Assembly (NCBI RefSeq): GCF_001194135.2
Contig: NC_068986.1
Span: forward strand, 73,565,036 to 73,629,035
Length of the DNA: 64,000 nt
Direction of reading: 5' to 3'
DNA from: Octopus bimaculoides
Lineage: Eukaryota
The position numbers and the translations under genes were made by a program. Below the pieces are notes generated by a model that saw nothing but the letters and a program-made list of their open reading frames with translations, did not search any database and was not told the origin of the DNA. Within the stretch, counting starts at the first letter, position 1, and each line of letters starts with the position of its first letter. This document shows positions 50,741 through 63,898 of this stretch, in pieces.

Positions 50741-51130
50741 CCAGATGAACAGTTGTAAATTAATGTAACCAGATGAGCAATTGTGTAATAGTGGTACTAG
50801 ATGAGCAGTTGTGAATTAGTGTTACCAGATGAGCAGTTGTGTATTAGTGTCACCAGAAGATCTATTGTGAATAAGTGTCACCAGATGAACAGTTGTGAAT
50901 CAGCTTCACCAGTTGAACAGTTGTGAATTCGTCCCACTAGATGAGCAACTGTAAATTAGTGTCACCAGATGAACAGTTGTGAATCAATGTCACCAAATGA
51001 ACAGTTGTGAATCAATGTCACTGGATGAGTGGTTGTGAACCAGTGTTACCAGATGAGCAACTGTGAATTAGTTTCACTAGAGGAGTAGTTGTGTATTAGT
51101 TCCACCAGATGAGCAATTACAGTTGTGACA
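50741..51130. repeat. 28-bp minisatellite, 14 units, consensus CCAGATGA(A/G)CAGTTGTGAATTAGTGTCA
   Basis: Exact 28-bp period from 50741 to the last unit at 51105; partial unit near 50658-50690. Confidence 0.95.
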
Positions 51131-51824
51131 CGAAATGAAAAATGAAAGAACAAGAAAGAAAACTACAGAGAAGATGAAAATCTTTAAAGAATAGTAAAAA
51201 CTAAAACCTAAATATCAACATGTACTTTTGGTTTGGGAAGACTGAATCAAGCTTTTGAGGAAGGCATCAATAAGTTGTTTTATCTCTAACATGGTTAACA
51301 ATAGAAAATACACCTTTTTTTTCTCTTAGATTCTTCCTTTTAGATGAAATATTGAAGTATTGGAAATGTATATTTTATCATCAAACACATGCATATACAA
51401 AACACACACACACACACACACATACACACACACGTACATGCACACACACACATGCACACACACACATGCACACACTTTGACATGTTTATGCACACCCCAT
51501 ACAATTATTTATATATTTCTATTTTTCATATTTTGCTTTGTATATATATCTACAAAATTGCTATTTTTTTTCTTCTCCAAAATATGATCTTCCTTAGTTA
51601 TTTTCTTTGATATTCTTTGCTAGTTGATTTGCCATTCCATTTTAGGTTTATCTTAAGATCTCTTTATTCTTTCATAACCATGTACTAGTACAATACAATC
51701 ACATGTTCCAATTACATAAAACCATTTAGAGTCACAATACTTGATATAATTATTATTTACTACCTAACTCAATCTCTTGCTATAATTACATAACCATTCA
51801 CAACCATGACATAACAACTTTAAT

Positions 51825-52411
51825 CATCATCATCATCATCATTGTTGTCGTCATCATTGTCATCTTCATTTAATGTCCATTTTCCATGGTGGCATGGATT
51901 GGACATTTGACAGGAGCTGGCCAGTCGGAGAGCTGCTCAGGCTCCACTTGTCTGTCTTGGCATGGTTTCATCAACTGGACGTCCTTCCTCCTGCCAGCCA
52001 GTGCACAAAGTGTACTGGGTGCTTTTAATATGCTACTGGCACAAGTACTTTACACATGACACCAACACAAGTGCATCATATGTATCACTGGCTCAAGTGT
52101 ATTTTACGTGGCACTGGCACAAATGTATTTTACATGGCACTAGACTAGCACAAGTGCATCATATGTGTCACTGGCACAAGTGTATTTTATGTGGCACCAG
52201 CCCAAATGCATTTTACATGGCACCAGCCCAAGTGCATTTTATGTGGCACTAGCGCAAGTGCATCATATGTGTCACTGGCACAAGTGTATTTTATGTGGCA
52301 CCAGCCCAAATGCATTTTGTGTGGCACCAGCCCAAGTGCATTTTATGTGTCACTGGCACAAGAGCATTTTACATGGCACCAGCACAAGTGCATTTTATGT
52401 GACATTGGTAC
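51825..52411 (-). mobile_element. RTE-tail retroposon with internal 26-bp unit expanded to ~15 copies (52019-52411)
   Basis: (CAT)n TTTAATGTCCATTTTCCATG..GCATGGATTGGAC.., then tandem units such as GTGCATTTTATGTGGCACCAGCCCAA. Confidence 0.85.
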
Positions 52412-53094
52412 CTATAATTACAAATTCATATAGTATTTACAGCTCTGCATTAGAACAAAAACAATAACTCCAAAAGACGAAAAAACAAAGCAAACAACAA
52501 ACCTAATGCATTACCATTTTCTTAGTATGTTAGAATTTGTTCTGTGACTGAAACTCTTATAATAACCTCAACTTAATAAGACATTTGGTTCTACTAATTT
52601 CCGGTCTACTGTTGTCAACACGTCTATGTAAGTGTGATTTCAATATAATCTACAAACAGAATACCTTAACCAATCCAAAATCTTTTGTAAATGTGAAACG
52701 TCCAATCAGTGAAGGTATTGCATTGTATGACCATGAGGTCATGAGGTATTATTTAGTGTTTCATTGAGTTTCAGAGTATTTTACTCTACATTGCTACTTC
52801 AGTTCATTTGACTGTAAAATAATTAATATGTAGAGTTACTTGTCAAAGACTTGAATCATTTTCCTTGGGAAATATTTGTTCTTCAACTGCTATTATGAAT
52901 ACAGTTCACATGACATTTTGTGGTTTGTGTAAGATTTTTAAAATTCTTGTGGTTAGCAATATTAAAATTTCTTTAATTTCCTTTTCACCATTAAAGACTG
53001 CAAATCTTATGAAGCTGATATCATGATTTTCTCATTGAAACTTGCATTTCATTATAATATACTGTTAGCCAGATGAACACCACAACTTTTAGTG

Positions 53095-53400
53095 GAGTAC
53101 ATTTTGTACACAGCCTGACCAAGTGCCACATCAATGTAAAAACTTGGGAAAAGTTAGCTGAAAACAACAGCATAGAAAACCTAGGCGAACAAAGGAGTTA
53201 AACAGCTTGAGGAAGAAAACATCCTGGCTTCTGAAGCAAAATGTCAAAGAAAGAAAGACAACACACCACAGCCCTGCAGCACCTTCCTTGCTTGCAGATT
53301 TTGCAGCAGAGCTTGTTCATCAAACTTAGGAAGGATCAGCCATGAGAGAAGCTGCAGGAAGAAGACTAAAAGTTCCTAATTAAGACATTCTCTACTACTT
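53095..53400 (+). mobile_element. RTE-clade LINE C-terminal fragment (second RTE lineage)
   Basis: HSLTKCHINVKTWEKLAEN..GVKQLEEENILASEAKCQRKK..CRFCSRACSSNLGRISHERSC (terminal CxxC..H..C). Confidence 0.75.
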
Positions 53401-54240
53401 AGACAGTCAAGATGTAAAAAGCCATATATTTTGTTGTAGGTATTCAAACCACATCTCAAGTCTGTGGGTAACATCCACTCTTTATCCCACTAGCTATGGC
53501 AGCACTGAAAATAATCATGCAGGAGGTTCTTTGTTCTTTGACTAAATGATAAATCCTAAAATATATCTCTAAGTATGTCTGAAGAGGTTGTTCTCAGAGT
53601 TATAATGTTATTAATTTTCTAATCACAATTGAATCAAGTTCAGTTCCTTGTCTTTCGCCATAACAGTTTACCACAAGACAATGAGGAAACCTGTACCCAA
53701 TCACTCAACTTACTAGAAATAACAGCCAGATACCACTCAATTAACACTATCTTTTCAAATAAAGATTTTATTGGAAGGTCTAATCCACGATGAACAAGAT
53801 GGTTATGGCTGGATTGTCTACTAAATAATGATTAACTAGACACTAAACAACAACAACAATGACTTTACTTGTGTAAGATGAGAAATAGTGGTACCTTATC
53901 CAATCAGTTGTTATCATACCTCCACCGATAATAGTTGTGTTCTATAGTGTATCATCAATACAGGTGTATTTTACAGGAAGTTAGATAGACTGACAATGCC
54001 TAAAAGTGACAATGATATTCGTTACTTTTGACACCAGGAAATATCTAAAAACTAGCCATGTCATCCCAAACTTATAAATTTGTACACTAATGTCTCCTAT
54101 GTGTTATTGATTTCAAATAATGTTGTAAGTTCGACTTTCAAATGTTGCATGCCTAAATCTCCACTCTCTCCATTTTTTTCTCTTTCTCTTTTTTTCTCTC
54201 TCTCTTTTTTTCTCTCTCTCCCTTTTGGTCCCATTCTCTC

Positions 54241-54319
<79 letters not shown>

Positions 54320-54999
54320 TTGTTCTCAACAAATCTTCTCTACTCAGGCTCACTATGTGTGTAGCAGTTAAGAACACATATTTTTAAGGAGGCTTACCTG
54401 CTATGTAAACTCTCACCTGAAGCAACCTAGTTGAGTATAACACTCACCCACTACAGCTACATCAATCAATTGGCCATAGCTGTTACCTTTATACTCAGCA
54501 GAAAACTGGAAATTCTTACAAAGCTGAGTGATACAGACAAAATCTGTGGCTGCTGTAAAGTTCCAGCTAGATTGAATATGATGTATTGATGGAATAGGGA
54601 AGTAGACAGAGCCATAAAAGTGAAGGGACAGGTCTGGAAGGATTGGAAGAATGGAGGTAGCAGAGAATTATATATAAAATCAAGATGTTGGTAGTGAGAA
54701 GTGTGCTTGACTGATTAATGGTACACTTACACTTAGTCACTTAGTGATTCTGATGGAAAATAGAGTCTGTGTCATTTATGCATTCCCAAAATGAAAATAG
54801 AAATATTTACATTCAGGAATAAAAACTGGTGCATATATTGCATCCATTATTGCTTTGTACTGATTCTTCATAGAAAAGTTACATAGTTCCACCTTGATCT
54901 AAGTCTGTTCAGAAGTAAGTTGAACGATTCATCATTCAAGTAATCATCATCGGCACCACCTGTGTCCAAGTTTGATTCATCTGGTGCCTCTAAGATGCT

Positions 55000-55400
55000 T
55001 AAACCTGACATGGCTCAGAAAGCCAAGTCAGAAATAGAACAGTCTTAGGCATTAATTGCATGGCAGGGCAGGTGGTGATCTTGGTTGGAGTTGCAGTGCC
55101 TTGTGTTGCCTTCTTCAGTCTTTTCCCTTTCCTTGAAAGTGGAACAACTGAAATAAATTGCTCTTCTCCAGGATGGACGTACAGCAGCTTCTGTTTCCCA
55201 GGTGTTAGGATTAATTCTAGCTTGAAAGAGAGAGGACTTCAGTTGGTCTTTGAACCTGCATTTTGGGGCTCCTTGATGTTGTTTGCCATAGATGAGCTCA
55301 CTGCAGAGGATGATCTACAAGAGTCTTGAGGAGGCCATTTGGACGACATGTCTTGACCACCTGAGATGATGCTTGAGGATGACAGCTTGAGATATAACCA
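55000..55400 (-). mobile_element. RTE-clade LINE C-terminal fragment
   Basis: Minus strand HHLRWSRHVVQMASSRLL*IILCSELIYGKQHQGAPKCRFKDQLKSSL..NPNTWETEAAVRPSWR. Confidence 0.85.
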
Positions 55401-57502
55401 GTAACTAGTAGAGTATTACATTATGTGCTTCTATATATAGCTTATGGTGGTTTATGATAAATTCACTCAATGTACTCTAAAGTAGTTGCTTGTGAGTGGA
55501 AACAACATAAGGTTGAGACAGCCCCTTATTTTTATTGAAGATATGGTGACCTTTCTAGAGATGGTCAATGATAAAAATGCACTTTGTACACTTTGTAAAG
55601 TGAATGGTGTTTAGAAGAGCATCCAGCCATGGAAACTATGACTAGATTAGAACATATGACCAAGAAATGGTTCTGGGACTCATAGTGGAAAATAGTAGCT
55701 CTTAATAAGAAGTGACTTGGATTGTGATGATCTATCCAACACAAGCCAGTGTAGAAAATGGACACAACAATGGTGATGATGATAATACAGGATGTGAAGA
55801 GGTTGAGAAGCCCAGATAGATTACTTCCCCAACCTCGACACTCCACTGTCGTCTGTTTTGCATATCAGTTGGCTCTGTTGATGGCAGCTATATTTGTTCT
55901 ACTACAGAATATTCTGCATTGTATTATAATAACATGAACATATCATAAAATGATGCTATAATTCTAAATTTTCAAGTAATGATATATTCTAACACATTCT
56001 ACAATATACTGCTGTGTCATTCAAATCAGAGGATATCTCAAGTGTAGTGAAAAGTGGGGATTTAAAAACTTTGTATTATTCTGTTGTTATTGATGTCAGG
56101 CGCCGGTTTAAACTCTTTAGAATTTGTTTCAACATTGGCACCTCTAAAGCATGTCAAATTCTCCATCGTTTCATCAGGTAGCATATATCTTTGTTTGAAA
56201 ATGTTGTGGAATCTTCTGAGGAAATAGATAAGATGTGAAAGACTTAGGTCAAGAGACATTTGAAAATGTNNNNNNNNNNATATATATTGATAGAAAAGGT
56301 AAGACAACAAAAGAAAGAGACCTTGATATGATGTAAATAGAGGAATTTATTTGTAAATAATATGTGACAATTATTTACAGATATATATATACCTTATATT
56401 CATATACACACACAGTTACTAATAAGCTTTGTATAGATGTGTAGTTTATGTATAATAACATTTTCAGCAAATACTGCAAATGTATACTTTAAAACTTTTT
56501 GAATTGTTGTTTTGTCAAACTTTTTCAATATCATTTACACAAAATTACAGTTTTCGATTTTCATATCTAGCATTAAGTAATTAATAATTGTTAATTGTTA
56601 ATTAGCTATATTATTGGTAATCATTGTGACTATAATTCTTAGCCATAAAATTAATTGAAATTCTTCGTTGCTGATTTGTTGATGGTGGCAGCAAAGAAAT
56701 AATGATGTCTGCCAATCAAAACCTTCCATTTCACTTTCTGCCAATATTGTTAGTGTAGAATGGCTATAACTTCATGGTACCACTAATCTTTAGCAAATCT
56801 TTATAATGGCAACAAGTAATTTATGATATTGCATCAAACATGAAGACTATGTCTTCTGTCATACTGTACATGTGTATCTGCTGCCACCACCACTTCTGTC
56901 ACTATCGTAATCACTATATCTGCAGAAACAGCAACAGTTAATGTAATATTTAATCTGCCTCCAACTGCAATCAGGAACATCCAGTGATTCCTTCATATCT
57001 ATCTCCATATATGCACACACACACACATCAAAGTTGGTCCTCAGTTTGGCCAACTTCTTTTGTTGTTGTTGGTGTTGTTGACATAAAGTCTAGATTTCCA
57101 TTAAAAGTTTATTATTAATCAGTATTGATTTCCACAGTGTGTTGTGTCTGCCCTATTGATCCACGCCAAGTTAATTAACCTATTTACAAAATAGTTGCTA
57201 TCTTTCTCTGTATCCCTGCATATAGTGTCAGTGAAATCTGCTTATACAATCTATTGTTAATAATGTCAATGTATGAAAACCACAGATGGCTGAATTAATA
57301 TGCTGCTGGATTGCCATTTGATGGATTGACATTTTCCTATCAAGATCCTGGCATGGCCAAGTGATTGCATACTTCACAATCACGTGCTTCTAACTTTTAT
57401 TGTACCGGGTGACATTCTCATAGCATTGGGTCAACCAATGTGCTTCAAGAGGAATGTGAACAGAAAATGTGTGTAAGCCTGTTATGTGTATGTATGTATG
57501 TA

Positions 57503-57544
<42 letters not shown>

Positions 57545-57869
57545 CGTATGTATATGTGTAGCTGTTGGGGGTGCACGGCCTAGTGGTCAGGGTGTTACAC
57601 TCATGATTGTTTCACAACCTGATGTCCATCTTGTCACTTACCCTTACCTATTTTTCAAGTAAAGAATCTCTTATTCCATATGTTTTTGAAATTACTGAGC
57701 CACTGGATGTTTAGTTGACAGGGAAGTGACAACTAACTTCACTGCTTGTAGCTCAATGCTTTCTTTTATGTAAAAGATGTAGATATTTGTCGAGACACAG
57801 AGGCACCCCATCACACACTATTTGCAATCAATAAGGATTAATAAAATATGTTGTTATTTGCATCTTAGA

Positions 57870-60399
57870 CTGGTCCAGCTTATTGAATTTTTGTGTCACC
57901 AGTGTTTATCTCAAACCAGCAGTGCTACCAGCCCAGAACTTTCTGGAAATTATTCATAGGTTCAAACTTAAAAGTCCTCCAGTACAAACTTGTCAGTTTA
58001 TTTTCATTTCATTGATATCCACAATTTCCCTGAGAGTTTGCCCACCGACAATCCTGTATAAAATTCCAACTTGATACCTAGCACATTACTCAACTAGTAG
58101 AGTGTCATGAGTACTTGACAACATTCCAGATGCCAAGCATTCTGTCTCAGCCTTTGCTTGGTCCATTACTGCACCTCTGTTAAGGAGACAATCTGTGGGG
58201 AAAATGTGTCAAATAGTGACTGCATCAGTGCATATCTGTATGTCATCAGCTATGGCTTACCCAGTCCACACAACATATGTTGATAGAAAATGGAGTATCT
58301 GACTAAAGGTGAAACACATATCTTTCGCAGATAAAATCCAAAAAGGCAGAAGAGTAGAAACTCCAGTTGGATCAGATATGAACTAGGTCATGATATAATG
58401 GTCTGGTGATTATAGAGAATGGAGGTAATAGAGGTGTTCACCATCCTTTTCGGGATAACTTCATTTTGGCCTATTTCTGGGTATGGTTGACTATCCTGTC
58501 TGTTACCTCATCACAGTTTTTCTCTACTTGGCCACCTAGATTCAACCAGAAGCTGACCTCCTCAGGTACCAAACTGCAGGCCTTTTCTTGGTTGATTTTG
58601 ACTCCTGTTACCGTCTCATTGTCCCTGAGAACAGTGCTGATCACCTTGATATGCTTGGCGTTTGACACTATTATAGTGACATCTACTTAGACTGAAACAG
58701 ATCTGCATTCTCATTGGTGCTAGATCAATTTTGATAGACTGAGTGTATGTTACTGGATGGTTCTGATAAATGGCCTGTAACTACTGAACAGATATTGCTG
58801 TACATTGTGGTGATTCTGTCCGTGAAGATCAGAGCAAAACTGGTTACTGTGAGGATAGTCATGATCCTATCAAAAGCTTTTAAGTGAAGTTGATCAGAAC
58901 CCCGTCCATGTCAGGTTCCTTAGCCATTCTCTCTCTTTGATGTATCATATGAGGTGGAGGTCGTCATGGATAGATCTGTTTGGGATGGAACATATTTGCT
59001 CATCACCAATCAGGCTACTAACAACAAGCACCAACTTTTCACTGACATGTTGGCCAAAATCTTGAAATTGACATTGATGTAGAGTAATGGACAAAAAATG
59101 GTCAATGTGCTCCCCCTTGTTAGGTTCTTTCTCTACTGCTTCCTGATTCACAGAACTAGGGATTCTTCCATCCTACTGCCAGTTGCAGTAAATACCTGCC
59201 AAGTGGTGGCTGAACAAGTCTGGCATATAAACATGAAGCTCATAGGTTAGGCTTCTATCCAGGTTATTTGCCTCTTATGCAGCTGTTATTGGTTTTCCAC
59301 ATTTATCTTTGTTGCTGAGCGTTGCAGCAAGCTGTTGAGGCAGGCATTGAAGTCCATCCCATGATCTGTCTGTCACAAGTTGAGCAAAGTGTTATTGAAA
59401 AGTCATGCACATCTACATGAGATCTAGTAGCATGCACTCATCATGAGCCACTAAAGACAGAACTATGTCTTTATTGCCATGGCCATGTTGTACCTCTGTT
59501 ACATGGGTGCATCAAATGGATTTTATTCCTTTATGCTAAGAGGATGCATCTTAGCTCCAACAATGCAGCCTTTATGCTTTGTACTGAAGAATGGATCAAA
59601 AGTTAGTCTCATTGTAGGTATGTCAGTCATGATGCCTTTCCTAAGTACCTCTTCTGAGTTTCTAACTAGATTTTGTTCTAATTAGTTTTTTTTTCTGAAT
59701 CTTGTCCCTTATGAAGCCTTATCAATTATGTTCTTAACACACTATCAGAACAAACCACCATTTGTTGATGATGATTGTCTCCATTAAACCTCACTTAACT
59801 ACTTTGATAATCCAGTTTTTGAAAGTTTTGCTTGTCAGGAAAATCATATTCAGCTTCCAGTAATTGAATCCCAGCCTAAGAAACTTATCACGTTAACTGT
59901 TCAGATTAGAAATTTGTGGCCTGTAAAGCTGATGACTTTAAATTGTGGGCAACCTATGCTGACCTAATTTACTAGACTTTAAAATACTGTACCTAAATAT
60001 GATCTGGAAGACCTGATGTAGTTGGTCTATGTCCAAACTGGCATAGGTTGGGAAAATGTTTGAATAAGTATGTGTGTCATTTGCTCTCCATACAGCCCTG
60101 TCATGCATCTAAGGTACCTATCCAATCCTCCACTATCACCAAAGAGCAGGTGTTTCCAGGAAAGACTCTAGATTCTTAAAGAAATCTGGCTACACTGCTC
60201 CTGTCAACCACTAGTTTGAAGGTATGGAATTCACTGGTTGCATCCAATACCACCAACTTACCCTCTGGAGATGCATACAGCTCACAGCTCATAGCTGTTG
60301 GAGATGAGTGTGAGGGCTTGTGCCTCAGAAAATATGGTCCTGTTGATGGCCACTGTATCTATGTCAAGTGACCTGAGCTTGTTGAGCCGGTGGCCTTGC

Positions 60400-60403
<4 letters not shown>
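57870..60403 (-). mobile_element. Tx1/L1-clade LINE, decayed ORF2 (APE endonuclease, RT, C-terminus)
   Basis: Minus strand KQGHRLNKLRSLDIDTVAI..LVVLD..SIGCPQFKVISFTGHKF..FNYWKLN (APE); DHFLSITL..LIGDEQICSIPNRSIHDDLHLI and VLRDNETVTGVKINQEK..GQVEKNCDEVTDRI (RT). Many stops and frameshifts; truncated by (TA)n at 60404. Confidence 0.88.
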
Positions 60404-60434
<31 letters not shown>

Positions 60435-62084
60435 GGATTTGTTTTGGTTTCTTTCTGTGAGATTCTATCAACCTCTCCACAACTATAATCACTCCTCTAT
60501 ATGTTCAGCAATTAATCTCTAAATTTACAGGTCTACCTTACCTGTGCTTTTATTGAAAAGAACAACAGAGTGAAGCTCAAAAGTAGTATAAAATAAATGT
60601 ACATCTTGTGCCTCCATTTCATTAGTTCAGTTCCTACTCTGCTTCATCTCTCCAGGTTGTACAAAAATACCAGTAAGTTACCCCTACAAAATAGTCCATA
60701 TATCAGATGAAGTCATTAATGCAAATATAAGCATATCTATTTTATCTGAGAATATTTCTGTCCATAAATGTCTACTCGTGTAGAATTTCACCTTTGGTCA
60801 TTTCAATTTCCTTATTTCTGTCTTTTTACTTTCTCTACTTTATTAATCTCTATCGTAATCACTGGGATGGAGAAACTAATGATGGTTGTCCATCATACCT
60901 TGTGTTGGACATTTCTACATTATCTAATGCTAAAGCATGTTTGAAAACTGCAATATTCCCCACTTCTTGGCAAAACTTATAACCATGGAGGAAAGCAGAT
61001 ACATCTACTCTTAAGCATACACACACTCAGACACTCATACGTACACATTAATACACACATACACATGCACACACATACACCTTCATGTGCGCATGCACAC
61101 ACACACACACACACACACATGCACACAAATGATTCTAATTAGAATATCTTTTGGATCAGTGGAAAATGATATATTCCTTTGGTCAATTTTGGAATTTCTA
61201 ACTTATTCAAGACAACTACATGAATAATGCATCATCAATGTGTACACTATAAATAAAAGGCATTTACTTTACTTACTGGGAGAGCTGTAGCTATTTTAAC
61301 CAACCACAGGCTAGTATTTATTGTAATGGCATTGACTTATCTCTGGACAGTCACTAAATAATGATTTATAAAGACTTTGTTCAAAGGTTAAACAGATAAT
61401 CTTTTTGATCTGGGATCATAGCATAGGCAAGGTGGAAATTGTCTCTTAACTTTTCTTTGTTGAAATATTCACTAAAATTTTGGCTGTTTTTCTTCTATCA
61501 TTTCTAGTTTCTGCATAATTTAGTATTTATTGTTGACAATGATAGATGAGATAACAATCATCTAGTGTGTGCGTGCTGAGTGTATGTGTGAGTGATAAAT
61601 GTAGTGCGCTGTATTGTACTCACATTAAATGGGATATCATGAACCAGGTAAATTATTATTGTTACTATTTTTCTCAACAATTTTTCATTTTATTTTATTT
61701 CACTTCAAAGACGTTACTTTTGTATTCTCATTAACATTGTTTGTTAATGCATTGTTTCTAACGATAATGAAAGAATTAATGTTTTTTTTTATTTTTTGTT
61801 TTTGTGACACATAATTGTTGTGAAAATTAATAAAACCATAAAAATATCAATAACATTGCAAGGTCAAGTCGATCAAAGTTACCCGTCTACCTATAAAATT
61901 TGGCCTTTAATTTCATTAGAAGAAATTTCTTTTTTGCATGTTTGTGATGGTGACGGTGGTGGTGCTGGTGTTATATGTCACATTTATAAACAAATATTTG
62001 ACTAGAACAGAATATTTTGATAAGCAGTTACTCAAATTTCAAATTACTCTACACGACCTTTACGCCCTTTGTCTTTTTACTTTC

Positions 62085-62690
62085 TACTTGTTTCAATCAT
62101 TGAACTGTGGCCATGCTGGGGCACCATCTTGGAGGGTACAGTTGAACAAATTGACCCTAGTACATTTTCTAAAGTCTGGTATTATTCTGCTGGTCTCTTT
62201 TTGCCAAACTACTAAGTTATTTTGATGTAAATAAACCTACATTGACTGTTAAGTGGTGGAGGAAGTGGGGAAAACAATGACATGCACACACACACACACA
62301 TTCACACACATGCAGACACATATACATACATACACATATACAAATACACATACATATGCACACACATTTATACACACATACATACACATACACACACACT
62401 CAAACATGCATATGCAGACATACAGACATACATACATACACACACACATACAAACATCTATACACACACAAAAACATACATACATACATACGTACATACA
62501 TACATACATACATACATATAATATGATAGTCTCTCCCATACAGTTTCTGTCTATCAAATTCACTCACAAGGTATTGGTTTGCCGAGGGCTACAGCAGAAG
62601 ACACTTGTCCAAAGTGTCACACTGTGGGTCTGTACCTGAAACCACATTTGCAATACAAGCTGCTTAACCACACAGCTATGCCTGTGCCTA
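62085..62690 (-). mobile_element. Main SINE with long internal CA/CATA expansion
   Basis: Tail at 62085-62260, microsatellite at 62280-62520, head at 62530-62690. Confidence 0.85.
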
Positions 62691-63677
62691 CATATCAGAT
62701 TAAATCTATAGTCCTAACAGCAAACTGTTTGGCATGTTGCTGTATCAAGATTTCAGCATCTTTGAACAGTTTGTTCACATTAACCAACTGTCTGTTTTCA
62801 TTTAGTTATGACTAATTGTTGAATCTATTATGCATATGGAATTATCTGTCTCAAGTTACGCCATATATCTAAGCTAAAGAATATTGATTCCAGTAATATT
62901 AGACCTACTTTGATACTCTGTCATTTTTCATTCCCAGTTTTTTTTTTGTATTTTATACTACTTTAGTGAATTGCTTCTTACAAATCTTACTTCTTTATGT
63001 TATAGTTGACACGTCAGAAATTCCAGTGAATTTGTTATGTTTACAGAAGACGTGAGTTCAAGTCCTGTGGGTAGCCTTTGACTTTTATTATCCAAAGGAA
63101 TTTTTAACTCATATTTTCATGTTATTATATATAGCTTTATCTGCTTTGAGATTCACCATTCCAAAACAGGTTGGCCATTATGTGATGACATAAGATAGCA
63201 AGCTGGCAGAATCGTTAATGCAATGGTTGAAATGCTTAGTGGCATTTTGTCTGTCTTTACGGTCTGAGTTCAAATTCTGCCAGGGTCGACTTTGCCTTGC
63301 ATCCTTTTGGGGTTGACAAAATAAGTATCAATTGAACACTGGTGTTCAATTTAATTGACTTAGCCCCTCTCCTGAACCTGCTGGTCTTGTGCGAAAATTT
63401 GAAACCATTATGTGGTTACTTGACTTGCTGGAAATAGTTACCAAATTTCTCTGAAATCACACACAGTTGTCATAGAAAAGAAATGATAATTTGGATACAC
63501 TGTATCTGGAAAAAAAAGGAAAAAAAAGAAGAGAAGGTTGGTTGGTCATAGTTGTAATGCCTTTGATTATAGATATAATGGATCAGAGTTGACATGGAAC
63601 TAAACAACAATATTCAACTTAACTCAATATACTTTCCTATAGAATGCAATAATATTTACTGAAACAATCACAACAAT

Positions 63678-63841
63678 TAGGCGCAGGAGTGGCTGTGTGG
63701 TAAGTAGCTTGCTTAGCAACCACATGGTTCCGGGTTCAGTCCCACTATATGGCACCTTCGGCAAGTGTCTTCCACTATAGCCTCAGGCTGACAAAAGCCT
63801 CGTGAGTGGATTTGGTAGACGGAAACTGAAAGAAGCCTGTC

Positions 63842-63898
<57 letters not shown>

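Noticed and set aside
50741-51130. CRISPR-like appearance of the 28-bp array
   Set aside because: Units are contiguous with no unique spacers, there are no cas genes, and the context is eukaryotic.
51962-52467. His/Cys-rich ORFs suggesting a zinc- or metal-binding protein
   Set aside because: Cyclic permutations of a stop-free 26-bp repeat; no start or splice context and no real domain spacing.
56062-57053. Minus-strand ORFs with good acceptors (..TTTCCTCAG near 56217; ..TTTCTGCAG near 56920) hinting at a nested antisense gene
   Set aside because: Frames end in stops with no donors and no recognisable homology.
61629-61653. ATGGGATATCATGAACCAG|GTAAAT as a possible alternative first exon
   Set aside because: Only a short ATG-donor match, with no promoter or homology support.
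63006-63057. 46-nt candidate exon ending GAC|GTGAGT
   Set aside because: One open frame (DTSEIPVNLLCLQK) without homology; the donor overlaps a B-box-like GAGTTCAAGTCC, suggesting a SINE remnant.
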